The notes beneath the pieces were generated by a model. That model had not been told where the DNA came from. It saw only the letters and a program-made list of their open reading frames with translations, and did not search any database. From the IMG/VR virus record IMGVR_UViG_3300028607_002670: a stretch of DNA of 64,000 bases; one strand, 5' to 3'. Positions 51,391 to 62,596 of the stretch are shown here, piece after piece. The DNA is from a virus. Each line of letters opens with the position of its first letter. Position 1 is the stretch's first letter. The position numbers and the translations under genes are program-made.

Positions 51391-54300
51391 ATGTCTAATA
51401 TAATTGAAGAATTTGTAATAAAGTTTCTCACTGATTCTAAGGAAGCTAAGAAGGGTGCTCAAGAGATTGATAAACTTCTTGACAGTGTAGGTAAAAAACA
51501 AGTTAAACGTGCTACAACCAATGCAAAGGTTGAAAATAAAGCACACAAAACAATGTTAGCAAAGAAACTAAAGGACGAAGCTACTTACGGAAGGGATAGT
51601 CGTATTCAAGCTGATAAGGCTCGTAAGGCATGGGAACGTAGGGAAAAGATTAAATCCATCATGCCAAATAACCAACTTGCTAATAAAAGTGCTCAAAGTA
51701 GTGCTAGTGTTTTCGAAAAAAGTTTCAAAGAAGAAGCTGTACAATCAGCAAAACTTTCTGAAATGGAAAGGAAGCGGTGGGTTGATAAGCAAAAACGTAG
51801 AGCTGCTAATAGAAGGCAAAGGGAAGATGATCGGAGGCAAGAAGAGGATTCTTATAGAAAGTCTCTTAATAATCGCCTAAAAGCTTTCAAGGCTTCTAAA
51901 CAAAAAGAACGAAAACTTACAGAAGATATAGACAAGCAAGCTGCAATGATCCGTAGAACGGCGGGGTTCAAACTTGCGGGACGTATGGGCGAAAGTGGTA
52001 AATATGACAGCGAGATACAACGTTTAGTAGATAAGAAAGACCTTGCGGGACTGAGAAACCTTCGCTACGAGATGTCTGATGTTCGTGAAAATATGACTCG
52101 TTATCGTAAGAGTTTAAGGAAAACTAACATTGCTCAAAAAGGACTTACCGATTCTACAAGGAATATGATCCGTAGTTATGCAAGTTTATATGCTATTTTT
52201 GAAGGAACCACTGCAATTAAGCGGGTAGGGCAAGACTTTCAGGGGATGGAGGCATCTATGTTGGCTGCAAGTGGTAGTACTGAAGCTGCTGCAAAGGATA
52301 TGATGTTTATAAATGGAATTGTTGATGAAATGGGTCTTAGTTTAAAAGATACTACAGACGCTTTTGTTAAGTTTAAATTTGCATCAAAAGGAAAAATTTC
52401 CCAAACGGAACAAGAGGACTTATTCACAGGATTGAGTATGTTCGGGACAGCATTGAAGGTAGATGATGAAAGCATGAAGCGAAGTCAGAAAGCCTTGATC
52501 CAGATGATGTCCAAGGGAAAAATTATGGCAGAAGAATTAAAAAACCAGTTAAAACAAAGACTTAGCTGCCTAGTATAGAAATGTACTAGTGAAAAACTCC
52601 TTTAATTGTCTGGGAAGCCGTAAAACTTTACTTTTATAAAATATAATGTTAATATAGTATTTTATAGAGTAGAGATATATTGGTAATCAGCAGCGAAGAC
52701 CACTTATATCTCCTGAAACAGGAGAGTGAAATGATAAAAGATATACCTAATTTTTCAGGGTATTTTGCAGATGTAGATGGTAATATCTACTCTAGCAAAA
52801 AGGGTAATATAATTAAGAAATTAACACCGCAGTATCAAAAACAGTGGGGTTATTATTCTTTGAGGCTTATAGCAGATTGCGGTAATAAGAAGCACATGAC
52901 AGTTCACAGACTAATGGCTCTAACTTACCTGCCAAACCCTGATAACCTACCAGAAGTAAACCATAAGAACGGAGTGAAAACCGATAACAGGTTATCAAAC
53001 CTAGAATGGATGTCTAAGAGTGATAATATTAAACACGCTTACCAGATAGGTATGAACTGTGTAAAAGGTGTTCTCAACGGAAGGTCAACTTTAGAAGAAC
53101 AAGAAGTTTTAGAGATTTATAACAAACTTTACCAAGGTGTTAGTACAAATAGCTTAATGCAAGAGTACAATACAAGTAGGAGCATTATCAGTAATATAAA
53201 AAGAAGAGAAGCTTGGTCACATTTAACCAAAGACCTTCCTGATATTACTATAAAAGTTAAATCTAAGACTCTTCCTGAAAATATTGTCAGGTTTATATGT
53301 GAGAACCTAGAAAGGGGTTTATCTCCTACAAAAATACTAACCTTGTGTTTGGAAACTTTTGGAGAAGGTTCAGTACGAATCGATAATATCTATGATATAA
53401 AGAGACGTAGAGGTTTTAAAAATATCTTATCAGATTATAAATGGTAACGTTCAACGATCATTGAAAGCTAACTGTAAAACAGTGCGAGTAAAGTACAGCC
53501 TAAGTTTATGAGGTAGATGTGGTGAGTAATAATCATGTAATCCATCTTTAAATGGAAATGGGGAGAACCTAAACAAGTTAAGTTGTAGGTTAAGATATGA
53601 TCTAGTCTTGCATGAAAGTGCAAGCTGATACAAGGATGTTACGGGAGAGGTGTTACGAGCCTCTTCGAATACAACGTAGGTGATAGTTTGCCAGGGGCAG
53701 TGCAAATATTTACAAGGGCTTTAGGAGTCACTGAAGCTGAACTATTCAAAATGATGGAACAAGGTCAACTCCTTTCAGCAGAAGTATTACCAAAAGTAGC
53801 AGCCGAGTTTAAAAAATCAGCAAAAGAAGGTGGGGCATACACACTAGCCTTACAAGGACTACGTGTTAAAGAAGGTCAATTTATGACTGGAATGCAACGT
53901 GCAGGGAAAACCATATTCAACTCAGGTTTTGAAAAAGGGTTAGCAAACCTTTATGGCACACTGTCAACCATGTTCGAAAACTCAGAACCCCAACTTAAAA
54001 AATTAGGTAAAATATTTGGTGATGTATTCAATGGAATATCCATTGCCATAAAAGTATTAGAACCTATTATGAAAATTGCCATAGATAACTTTTACACACT
54101 TGTAGGGGCAAAGGCAATCTTTATGGTAAGGGGTTTTGTTGGTGCATTAAATGCACAAAGTTACATTGCAGCAAGAGCATGGGCTAGAATGTTTGCCCCT
54201 GTAGCAGCAGCGTTAGTTTTAGTAGATGAATTAGCTTCTCTAATGGACGATTCCCGTTTAGGTTTACTTGAGAAGAGTATTGGTAAACAGGTGAACGTTA

Positions 54301-54608
54301 AAACAGGAAGTATTAGCGAATTTACTGAGAAGAATGGTAAGTTTTATGCGAAAGAGGGAAGCAGTAGCAAAGTGTCAGGACTTTCAATGGGGTTCAGTGC
54401 AGTGTCTAATGCTGTCCAGAATATGAATCCATTCCACTCAGTTTATAATGCTGCTACGTCAGCTTCGGATTTATTCCAATCAGGTATGACTTCTGGAAGT
54501 GCAGTGTATAACCATTATCAAAATACATTCAACAATACTCAAGCTGATGATGTTAAACGTGCAGTGGGTGCAGGTGTATCTGCAGCACAACAACCAAGAG
54601 GAAAATAA
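51391..54608 (+). CDS. tape measure protein, two exons: join(51391..52549, 53677..54608), 696 aa
   Basis: The junction restores the conserved TMP core ..[50 protein letters not shown]. The exons sum to 2091 nt, in frame. Confidence 0.8.
52550..53676 (+). mobile_element. group I intron in the tape measure gene (1127 nt) carrying an HNH endonuclease ORF
   Basis: The 5' exon ends in U (CAGU pairs with intron GCUG 52565..52568) and the intron ends in G. CAACGATCATT ... AAGATATGATCTAGTCTTGCATGAAAGTGCAAGC resembles td-type P7/P8. Confidence 0.7.
52731..53447 (+). CDS. intron-encoded HNH homing endonuclease (NUMOD4/HNH_3 type)
   Basis: IPNFSGYFADVDGNIYS; VHRLMALTYL...EVNHKNGVKTDNRLSNLEWMSKSDN. Paralogous to 33373..34182. 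Start at ATG 52731 after CAGGAGAG. Confidence 0.75.
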   Translation: MIKDIPNFSGYFADVDGNIYSSKKGNIIKKLTPQYQKQWGYYSLRLIADCGNKKHMTVHRLMALTYLPNPDNLPEVNHKNGVKTDNRLSNLEWMSKSDNIKHAYQIGMNCVKGVLNGRSTLEEQEVLEIYNKLYQGVSTNSLMQEYNTSRSIISNIKRREAWSHLTKDLPDITIKVKSKTLPENIVRFICENLERGLSPTKILTLCLETFGEGSVRIDNIYDIKRRRGFKNILSDYKW

Positions 54609-54611
54609 TAA

Positions 54612-55226
54612 ATGGCAAAGCAGAGCGTGTTTTACTTTATAGCTCCAGCGGTAGAAGACAAGGAATCTGCTTTGTACCGCTTGGCAGCTACCACAGATAT
54701 AAGACTTTCCCGTTCTGCTAGAGCTACCCGATCAAGGGTAGAGTCTGGCAAAAGTTTAACAGATAATTACCATCTGGATAATTGGGATGTCTCTTTCGAT
54801 GGGGTTATAACTAATGTAGGTATATACAAGGAAGGAGATACATCTCTAGAAACGTCTGATTGGATAAGTCAGGTTAATAGTTTAAGAGAAGAAACCCCTA
54901 TACGACCTTTAACTGTTGTAGCTGATAATATAGTTATTGAAAACTGTATAATCACCAATTTTACCGTAAGTAAAAGTAAGGCAGAAGGTTTAGGTGGGTG
55001 GCGAGTATCCTTAGCCTTCCAAGATATAACCTTTGTTTCAAAAGCCTCTCTGGTACTGGTACAGACTCCTGCAGAAGCAACCAAAGATGATGTGGCAAGC
55101 AAAACCTCGGGTAATAATCAAACTACCAAAGAGTTAACCACTAACGCTACAGCCGATATATTTTCTGGTGCAGTGGATAGAGTGAATGAAACTTTAGGAC
55201 TAATAACGGATGATGGAGAAGAATAA
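54612..55226 (+). CDS. tail/baseplate-proximal protein (204 aa)
   Basis: Position directly after the tape measure gene. Confidence 0.35.
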   Translation: MAKQSVFYFIAPAVEDKESALYRLAATTDIRLSRSARATRSRVESGKSLTDNYHLDNWDVSFDGVITNVGIYKEGDTSLETSDWISQVNSLREETPIRPLTVVADNIVIENCIITNFTVSKSKAEGLGGWRVSLAFQDITFVSKASLVLVQTPAEATKDDVASKTSGNNQTTKELTTNATADIFSGAVDRVNETLGLITDDGEE

Positions 55227-55580
55227 ATGTTTCAAATAAAAATCACAGAATCCGCTTACCAAGAAAAAACTTTCACCGCAAATAAAACTACTTTTTATAT
55301 AAGAGCTACATTCAACACGAGTGATGACTATTGGTACATTGACCTTGCTGATAAAGATAACAATGACATTATAAACGGTATTAAAATCTTGCCAGATCAA
55401 TTTCTGACTAGGAAATACTTAGATTTGGAGGAAGCTTTTGGAGGAGGTGCATTGCGGTGTTATAACAATGAAAGTAGTGATGACATTATTGGAAGGGATA
55501 ACTTTGGTACAGATAAACAATATCAATTAATATACTGGACTGCAACAGAGGTGGAAGCTTATGACGAAGCTACTGGATAG
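55227..55580 (+). CDS. baseplate-associated protein (117 aa)
   Basis: Position. Confidence 0.3.
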   Translation: MFQIKITESAYQEKTFTANKTTFYIRATFNTSDDYWYIDLADKDNNDIINGIKILPDQFLTRKYLDLEEAFGGGALRCYNNESSDDIIGRDNFGTDKQYQLIYWTATEVEAYDEATG

Positions 55581-56580
55581 ACAATACCGTCTTGTAATAG
55601 GGCTACCTCCTAAAATTGTAGATATCGATCCTTCAACCGAAGTGGTGTCTAATATATTCAAGCAGAATGTAGTTGTCGGAAGTTTGGATACTTCTTTAAC
55701 AAACGACTTCAGAACAGAAACCACCCTCCGTGCCAAAGAGTTCAGAGAACTCCGACTTATAGCAGATGTAACTTCTTCCTCTAAAGCAGGTGGTGCAAAA
55801 GGTGGTAACACTACTATCCAATTATATAACTTGTCAGAAGAAAGTTTAGCAATAGTTGAACAAGAAAATGCACAAGTTATCCTTGAAGCAGGATATTACT
55901 CCGATTTTGAAGATGAGGATAGAACACTCCCACTCCTATTCACAGGTCAAACCCGACAAGTTAAAACTATTCAATCTGGTGAAGATAAGATCACTGTTAT
56001 AGAATGTACCGCTGCACAAGCTGTTAATGACTCTGTAAAGGTGAGTAAATACTTCGAAGAAGGTAACACTTTAGGTAATGTTCTTGAATATTTGATAGAT
56101 ATTTATGGACAAAATGGAGTCCCCCTTGGTCAATATGTAGGTAGAGCTTCTACAGAAGATAGAGTAGACTATGTGCAATTACTTTCTCCTGATGACGTTC
56201 CTTTAACAAACGGGTACAGTGTTACAGGTTTCCTCCACCAAGCTTTGGATAAAGCCACTGCACAATGTGGGTACATTTGGTATATTGCGAACGGTAGGTT
56301 ATTCGTTCATCCTAGAGGATACACCAAGTCTGTAGAACAATTCACTTTAGATAATGATCTAATAAAATCTATCGAAGGTGTTATTGATAATAAGAAAGAT
56401 AAGATAACTGGTGTCACAATCTCAACCTTCTTAGACGCACGTATGTCCATTGATAAAAGGATTGAGGTCACTGACGGCAAGTTTGAAGGGGTTTATAAAA
56501 TTGTACAAGCCACTCACAACTTAGATAATGAACTTGGTGCATGGGATACTGTCCTTACCTGTCAATCACTTGTTCAATAA
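55561..56580 (+). CDS. baseplate hub protein (XkdQ / late-control-D-like position)
   Basis: 339 aa; position relative to the tape measure and spike genes. Confidence 0.4.
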   Translation: MTKLLDRQYRLVIGLPPKIVDIDPSTEVVSNIFKQNVVVGSLDTSLTNDFRTETTLRAKEFRELRLIADVTSSSKAGGAKGGNTTIQLYNLSEESLAIVEQENAQVILEAGYYSDFEDEDRTLPLLFTGQTRQVKTIQSGEDKITVIECTAAQAVNDSVKVSKYFEEGNTLGNVLEYLIDIYGQNGVPLGQYVGRASTEDRVDYVQLLSPDDVPLTNGYSVTGFLHQALDKATAQCGYIWYIANGRLFVHPRGYTKSVEQFTLDNDLIKSIEGVIDNKKDKITGVTISTFLDARMSIDKRIEVTDGKFEGVYKIVQATHNLDNELGAWDTVLTCQSLVQ

Positions 56581-56618
56581 CTACCTCTTGATAAATAATG
56601 ATAATAAGGTTATAATAT

Positions 56619-57344
56619 ATGAATACGGATATAGATAGTTTTAATGAAGCTATCGTATCTCACATTGACAACTATGAAGCTCAAATGTACTCAGCTCTCC
56701 CTGCAACAGTGGTGAGTTATGATGCTACAACACAAAGAGTCCTATGTCAACCAGTGATGTACGAAGCTTACACATCAGGGGAGTCGCAAGAACATTCTTA
56801 TATTCAATGTCCTCTTATCCAAACAGGGAGCGGAGGGGGTGTGTTAACCTTTCCAGTGAATGTAGGTGATGAAGTTCTTTTGGTTATGTCATCTAGAAAC
56901 TTTGACACATGGTGGAGCACTTCACAAGCCCCCTCACTAAGTTCTACGGTACGTTTTAATGACTATTCAGATGCAATAGCTATCCTAGGTTTAAAAAGTA
57001 AAAACAATAGCGTCAACGCCTCCACAGAGAACGTAGAGTTACAATTCCGTGACCAACAAGGTGTCCCTTTATCAAGTATTATACAACGTCCTGATAAAAG
57101 CGTGGATATTACTTCTGAAAGTGGAAGTAGTGTGAAATTACTACCTGATGGTAACATAGAGATCACTACTGCTGCAACTATTAAAATTCAGAATAGCGGT
57201 GAAGAGTTGGTCAATTTGTTCAGTGAGTGTCTAGAAGAAATATCTAAAATAACCACTAACACTATCTACGGGTCAAACACCCCAATAAACAACCTTCCCG
57301 CTTTTGTAGCGTTGAAATCAAGACTAGACACTTTAAAAGGATAA
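56619..57344 (+). CDS. baseplate central spike (Gp138_N / Mu gp45-like)
   Basis: LPATVVSYDATTQRVLCQPVM...QCPLIQTGSGGGVLTFPVNVGDEVLLVMSSRNFDTWW fits the Gp138 N-terminal OB pattern. Confidence 0.55.
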   Translation: MNTDIDSFNEAIVSHIDNYEAQMYSALPATVVSYDATTQRVLCQPVMYEAYTSGESQEHSYIQCPLIQTGSGGGVLTFPVNVGDEVLLVMSSRNFDTWWSTSQAPSLSSTVRFNDYSDAIAILGLKSKNNSVNASTENVELQFRDQQGVPLSSIIQRPDKSVDITSESGSSVKLLPDGNIEITTAATIKIQNSGEELVNLFSECLEEISKITTNTIYGSNTPINNLPAFVALKSRLDTLKG

Positions 57345-57349
57345 CCTTT

Positions 57350-57541
57350 ATGCCAATGGTTACAGAGAATGTCGTGTTAGCAGCTAAAGCAGCCCTTTCA
57401 CAAATAGATTACACTGGTGGTGAAACAGATAACACAGAAGCATTAGAAGCCTTAATTGGTGCGATAATAGATGAAATTATCACTAATGCGGAAGTAACTG
57501 TCACGGGTGGAAGTAGTGCTGGTGTTTATAAAATAACGTAA
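57350..57541 (+). CDS. small baseplate-module protein (63 aa)
   Basis: ORF track. Confidence 0.4.
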   Translation: MPMVTENVVLAAKAALSQIDYTGGETDNTEALEALIGAIIDEIITNAEVTVTGGSSAGVYKIT

Positions 57542-57555
57542 CACAGAAGGTTCAC

Positions 57556-57912
57556 ATGGCAGATATAAAATTAAATTCTTCACATGATTTACTCATTGAA
57601 GGAAAAGACATCTCTATGTTTGAAACAATAGAAGATGGAACTGTTCAAGCAGTTAAAATTAGATTACAGAATTATCAAGGAAATTGGTTTTTAGATTTAA
57701 ACAATGGTATCCCTTATTATCAAGAAATATTCGGGTACAATAATACTAAAGAACTAGCCGATACCTATATAAAAACAACAATAAAGAATACAGATAATAT
57801 CACAAGTATTACAAGTTACACAAGCACAATTGAAGATACTAAATTAAAAGTAGTATTTTCTGCTAAAACTTTAGTGGGTGCTGATTTAACAAATGTGACA
57901 TTATTTGTGTAA
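57556..57912 (+). CDS. baseplate wedge protein (gp25/W- or XkdS-like)
   Basis: VKIRLQNYQGNWFLDLNNGIPYYQEIFG pattern. Lies immediately upstream of the J-like gene. Confidence 0.45.
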   Translation: MADIKLNSSHDLLIEGKDISMFETIEDGTVQAVKIRLQNYQGNWFLDLNNGIPYYQEIFGYNNTKELADTYIKTTIKNTDNITSITSYTSTIEDTKLKVVFSAKTLVGADLTNVTLFV

Positions 57913-57933
57913 TCCATTATTTAGGAGTACAGT

Positions 57934-59370
57934 ATGGCTTTTGGAGTAACCGATGCAGGTTTCAAAGCGAAGAAGTTTGACGATATAAAAACTGAGGTTG
58001 CTGCAAGCCTTAAAACTGAATTGGGTATTGATATTACATCACTCCCCGACAGTGTTGCAGAAGTTATTACCAATATTTACATCCTACCTCTAGCACAATC
58101 GTGGTCAAATACTCAAAGTTTACAATCGATGTTTGATATAGATAAAGCTACTGGGGTATGGTTGGATAACCTTGTTGCGCTAAGGGGTGTTCAACGTTCT
58201 AAAGGTACTTACCCTTTCGGTAATATTTATGTAACTGCTTCTGCCCCTGTTAATATTGTAACTGGTAGTAGTTGGTCAGATTCGGATGGAAACACTTTCA
58301 CCAATGAATCTAATGTAAATATTACAACTGAACTTGCTACTAAGGTGTTGTATGATGTAGAAAATACCGCCTCTGCAGATTATGTCCTAGTTATCGATGG
58401 AAATACTTATTCTGTTAATAAAGTGTCTGGTGATGATCTAGAAGAAATCTTAATAGAGTTAAAAACTCAGATAGAAACGGATCGACCAGATTTATTAGTA
58501 ACACCTACCGCTAACACTATTCAAGTAGAAAGCGTAGACCCTTTAACGCAATTTTCTATAACCTCTGGGGAAAGGATCACTCTAACAGAATTAACAGGGT
58601 ACGGTCAAATATCTTCGGATATACTATCAACACAAATTTACCCAGAAAACACTGTTGTAAATGCACCCCCTTACACTGCTATAATCTCTGCAACAAATCC
58701 TCTTCCTATTCAAAATGGTTCTGGTAGAGAAGACGATGACACTCTTCGTGCAAGGTATAAAGCTACAGAACGTTCAGGTAAAGGTACTGTCGAGGCAATC
58801 CGCTCAGCATTGTTAAGTATCTCAGGTGTGACAAACGCAATTGTCCTTGAGAATGATCAAAGTGGATATGATTATGAAAATGATATATCACCTAACGCAT
58901 TCAAATGTGTTGTTAAAGGAGGTAATGCTCAGGCAATAGTAGATACCATATGGGCAACTAAACCCGCTGGGATAGCTTCTAACGGCGATTCTAAGGGCAT
59001 TATCACTGACAGTCAAGGTATCCAACATTCGATAGCGTACTCAAGAGTAAAAGATAAATATGTTTTTGCTAATATTATCTACACTAAATATGATGAAGAA
59101 TCTTTCCCTGAAGATGGAGAACAAGCCATCGCAGAAGCTGTATTCAATTATGGGGATAGTTTAGATGTTGGTGAGGATGTTATACAGCAGCGTATAATGA
59201 GTAATATTTACCAGAATGTAACAGGTATTCAAGAGATCTTAATCTTTATAGGTGCAACAGATAATTTGAATGAAGGTACTCCATTATTAAGATCAAGCCC
59301 TCCTATCCCGATAAGTATTTTGGAAGAGGCATCCTTCTCTTTAGACAGGATAACCGTAACGGAGCGTTAG
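57934..59370 (+). CDS. baseplate J-like protein
   Basis: 478 aa. N-terminus ..FKAKKFDDIKTEVAASLKTELG and the gene order fit the Baseplate_J family. Confidence 0.55.
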   Translation: MAFGVTDAGFKAKKFDDIKTEVAASLKTELGIDITSLPDSVAEVITNIYILPLAQSWSNTQSLQSMFDIDKATGVWLDNLVALRGVQRSKGTYPFGNIYVTASAPVNIVTGSSWSDSDGNTFTNESNVNITTELATKVLYDVENTASADYVLVIDGNTYSVNKVSGDDLEEILIELKTQIETDRPDLLVTPTANTIQVESVDPLTQFSITSGERITLTELTGYGQISSDILSTQIYPENTVVNAPPYTAIISATNPLPIQNGSGREDDDTLRARYKATERSGKGTVEAIRSALLSISGVTNAIVLENDQSGYDYENDISPNAFKCVVKGGNAQAIVDTIWATKPAGIASNGDSKGIITDSQGIQHSIAYSRVKDKYVFANIIYTKYDEESFPEDGEQAIAEAVFNYGDSLDVGEDVIQQRIMSNIYQNVTGIQEILIFIGATDNLNEGTPLLRSSPPIPISILEEASFSLDRITVTER

Positions 59371-59371
59371 T

Positions 59372-60286
59372 ATGGCAGTAATCAAAGATAGAGATTATGA
59401 AGAATATGTGTCGTTGCTCCCTATTCAATACAATGATAGTAGTAATTTAAAAGAATTTCTAAGAATTTATCTAGAAGCTACGCAATCCTTGAATGAAGCT
59501 CAGTTAGAATTATCAGAAATAAACACTGATTTTAAAACAGCAACAGGGTATCAACTGGATTTGATTGGTAAACTTGTAGGAGCTGAACGTAAAGGAAGGA
59601 CAGATTCTGATTATAGAAATTATATACTTTTTAAAATAAGTGTGAATATTGGTAGTGGTACTCCCGAAGATGTTATCAACTACTTTTCAATAGCCACTGA
59701 TGCGACCAGAATACGATATTTCGAACACTATCCAGCTTGTACAGTATTAGAAACCAACGGCACAACAATACCTTCTGCAATACCTTCTACTTTAGATAAT
59801 GTAACTCCTGCGGGGGTTCGTACTGGTGGTATTATGGTGTTAATCGATGATTATGGATTTCGTCCAGTAGAATTATCTACAGCTTATGATAATGAATACA
59901 CTTATGTGCCAAATGCAAATATAGAGGATATAGATATTGGTGCGGAGGATTCAGAGTGCGGAGGTTCTTTTATAGAATGTGCATCTTCTGCGGTTTTCGG
60001 AGGAGTGTCATTAGGCCAACCCAAGTCAGAACTAGGTACAATGGAGCTAACATCCTTTATAGGAGAAAGGGTTTTTGCATTGGTAGGGACAGAATTTCTA
60101 TTGGGACAAGGTATTTACCCAGAGCTATCCGATGTTTATGATACAGGATATTCTTTAGCAGGGGATGAGAAAATGCTTTCAGGAGATGAAGAAGCCTTGG
60201 CAGCAGGGTTATTTGTTAAAGAAGGTGCTGGTAATCGGGGTAAAAGGGCTGAACTTCTTACAGACAGAAATCAATCTTCTTTTTAG
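59372..60286 (+). CDS. baseplate/tail-fibre adaptor (DUF2612-like)
   Basis: SLLPIQYNDSSNLKEFLRIYLEA....L.......ATGYQLDLIGKLVG fits my memory of the DUF2612 pattern. Confidence 0.5.
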   Translation: MAVIKDRDYEEYVSLLPIQYNDSSNLKEFLRIYLEATQSLNEAQLELSEINTDFKTATGYQLDLIGKLVGAERKGRTDSDYRNYILFKISVNIGSGTPEDVINYFSIATDATRIRYFEHYPACTVLETNGTTIPSAIPSTLDNVTPAGVRTGGIMVLIDDYGFRPVELSTAYDNEYTYVPNANIEDIDIGAEDSECGGSFIECASSAVFGGVSLGQPKSELGTMELTSFIGERVFALVGTEFLLGQGIYPELSDVYDTGYSLAGDEKMLSGDEEALAAGLFVKEGAGNRGKRAELLTDRNQSSF

Positions 60287-60343
60287 GATAATCCTTCCAA
60301 CAAAGAATAATAACAATTAGAAAAGAATTAAGGAAGTACAAAG

Positions 60344-62569
60344 ATGGCTATTGTAGCAAGTAATTTATATTCTGGGAGGGTGATCACTGGTGATGCAGGG
60401 TATCCTTTAGGAAAGGCACAGGACATTGTGAATGGGGAGAAGGGGACGGGGACACCACTTAGGGCAAGTTGGGTAAATGACCAATGGGGTTTTATGCAAG
60501 CTTTATTAGCTGCTGCTAATATTACTCCTTCTGGTACACCAGATCAAGTTGGGCAAAGTGATTATTTGGATGCGATTATTGCATTAACAAAAAATGCCAG
60601 TAAGGTAATCACTAGTGATGGATCTAGCGTACAGGAAAGGCTTGATGGTTTAGGCTATCAGTTTGAAAATGTTGATGATGCTATAAACTATCACTTTATA
60701 GAGGATATTCTTGGGTCAACAATAGCAACAAAAGAGTATAGCGCTGGTAGTGGCGTGGGAGGGGCTAAGTATGAGGTACAGCTAACCGCTAACAATCCAC
60801 AGCTAGACAATATAGGTAATGGGTTTGTAAGTTCTGCAAACCCAACATACTGTTTAGTAAATAAATCTGTAAATATAATGGTAACTCATTATGGCGCTAG
60901 GCCAGATGATATAACAATAAACTCATCACCATCTATACAGGCAGCCATAAACGAATCCAAAAGACTTACTGACTTATATTCAAGTTTTATGGATGGAGCA
61001 GGGCAGGTAAATAGGCCAACTGTTAGTGTTATATTTGAATATGGTGTCGGCTATAGGATTTCAGAGCAGGTTGTCATTGATGAAATAAGAAGCTTTGCAA
61101 TGGTTGGTTATGGTAGAGTTTTATTGAAATCAGATGACACCATAGAATACCCATTCTCAGTTACTGGTGTTGCTTTCGCACATAAAATATCTGGATTTAC
61201 ATTTGAGTGCAACAGGAGAGGTTTTTTTGACTTTGATTGTACAAACGTATCAGGATCACTAGTTGAGTTTGATGATTGTAGATTTACAGATGATCCTTAC
61301 GGATATCACACAGGAATAGCCATTAGGTACAGAAACAGAAGCTCAGAACTAAGGGTTAGTAACACATACTTCAACAGGGTCAAGCACCCAGTTCATAATA
61401 GAGAATGTGATTTTGTAACGTTCAATGATAACTGCTGGTTTGGCTTCCCTTTCAATTCTGTATTTGGTGATAGGGATGGGTACATAAGGAACGATAACGG
61501 CTTTATGCGTATAGATAACTGCCTCTTTGCAGGCGGACCTTCTGACACCCCTGTAGGTACTGGCGCTGAGAATGGCGAGGAAATAGCGTATGTTAGGTGT
61601 GGGACTGAAACGGTTAGCCCAGACATAACAGAGGTACATGGGAGAATATCAATAACAAACACTCGAATAGGTTATGAGCAAGGAGCTGGTGCTCTAGTTA
61701 ACTATTTTACTCCATATGAGACTACAGGAACCGTATTTAGAAGTGGTATATACATCAGCAATATACAAACAAACCCTAGAGAGGATAAGCTTAAAAACTT
61801 TGAAGGTACAGATGTAGGGCATCTAATAAGATTGTTTACAGCCCCTTCCCAGCTAATACTTGAAAATATATATATAAACCCTGCTAACGTGGCTCTTGTT
61901 TCAAATGGCTCAACAACCAGCTTAGAAGGCATTAGAGACCAGCTTAATAATTCCGTTAACTACAGTGATGACTTTGCAGATCAAGGTGATGATAAAAGAG
62001 CGTTTTGGCAGTATGACGCTAAAAATATTTGCGGTGAAAACGTGTTTATAGTCGCATCACAAACCGCACCAAGCAAGGGAGAAAACAACAAGTGGCTTGA
62101 GTTGTTTGGTAGGTTTAACTATTTCTTCGAGTCTGATTTTCCAACACCAACATCGTCAGGCAATTCACCAACCATAAAAGTAGAAACATTCTTTGATGAT
62201 TTCTCATCACAAGGAGGGTCAATATTTAAAGTTTATGGTGATTGCTACCCAGCCGTGGCTGGAGGAAATATAAACAGAAGGAATATATCAGGGACAATAA
62301 GTATACTTAATAACGAGGCTAGCAACTCAATTACAGGTGTATTTCATGATAACTCAGGAATATCTGCAAGCATGGCAATAACAGTTTTGTTTGATGTTTC
62401 AGGCACTGAAAAATCGAGCATCACGCTTGCTGAGGCTGCTAACGCTAGAATGATTGTTAAGTTAACAAACGCCGCTGTTGATGGGGCGAATATAAGGTGT
62501 AGAGGGTTAGTAGTAAAACCTGTATCAGCTGATTTTGATGATATGCAAAATGGTTTTTATCAAGCGTAA
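60344..62569 (+). CDS. tail fibre / tailspike with pectate-lyase-like beta-helix (depolymerase-like), fibre F2
   Basis: Shares the N-terminal anchor with F1/F3. MVTHYGARPDDITINSSPSIQAAINES resembles the pectate_lyase_3 start (v..yGA.gD...d...aiq.Ai). Confidence 0.65.
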   Translation: MAIVASNLYSGRVITGDAGYPLGKAQDIVNGEKGTGTPLRASWVNDQWGFMQALLAAANITPSGTPDQVGQSDYLDAIIALTKNASKVITSDGSSVQERLDGLGYQFENVDDAINYHFIEDILGSTIATKEYSAGSGVGGAKYEVQLTANNPQLDNIGNGFVSSANPTYCLVNKSVNIMVTHYGARPDDITINSSPSIQAAINESKRLTDLYSSFMDGAGQVNRPTVSVIFEYGVGYRISEQVVIDEIRSFAMVGYGRVLLKSDDTIEYPFSVTGVAFAHKISGFTFECNRRGFFDFDCTNVSGSLVEFDDCRFTDDPYGYHTGIAIRYRNRSSELRVSNTYFNRVKHPVHNRECDFVTFNDNCWFGFPFNSVFGDRDGYIRNDNGFMRIDNCLFAGGPSDTPVGTGAENGEEIAYVRCGTETVSPDITEVHGRISITNTRIGYEQGAGALVNYFTPYETTGTVFRSGIYISNIQTNPREDKLKNFEGTDVGHLIRLFTAPSQLILENIYINPANVALVSNGSTTSLEGIRDQLNNSVNYSDDFADQGDDKRAFWQYDAKNICGENVFIVASQTAPSKGENNKWLELFGRFNYFFESDFPTPTSSGNSPTIKVETFFDDFSSQGGSIFKVYGDCYPAVAGGNINRRNISGTISILNNEASNSITGVFHDNSGISASMAITVLFDVSGTEKSSITLAEAANARMIVKLTNAAVDGANIRCRGLVVKPVSADFDDMQNGFYQA

Positions 62570-62596
62570 ATTAAAACCCCTTTGCGGGGCTATTTT

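Noticed and set aside
53451-53705. 84-aa minus-strand ORF at the 3' end of the tape measure intron
   Set aside because: It is antisense to the P7/P8 core of the intron and overlaps exon 2. It has no motif or SD.
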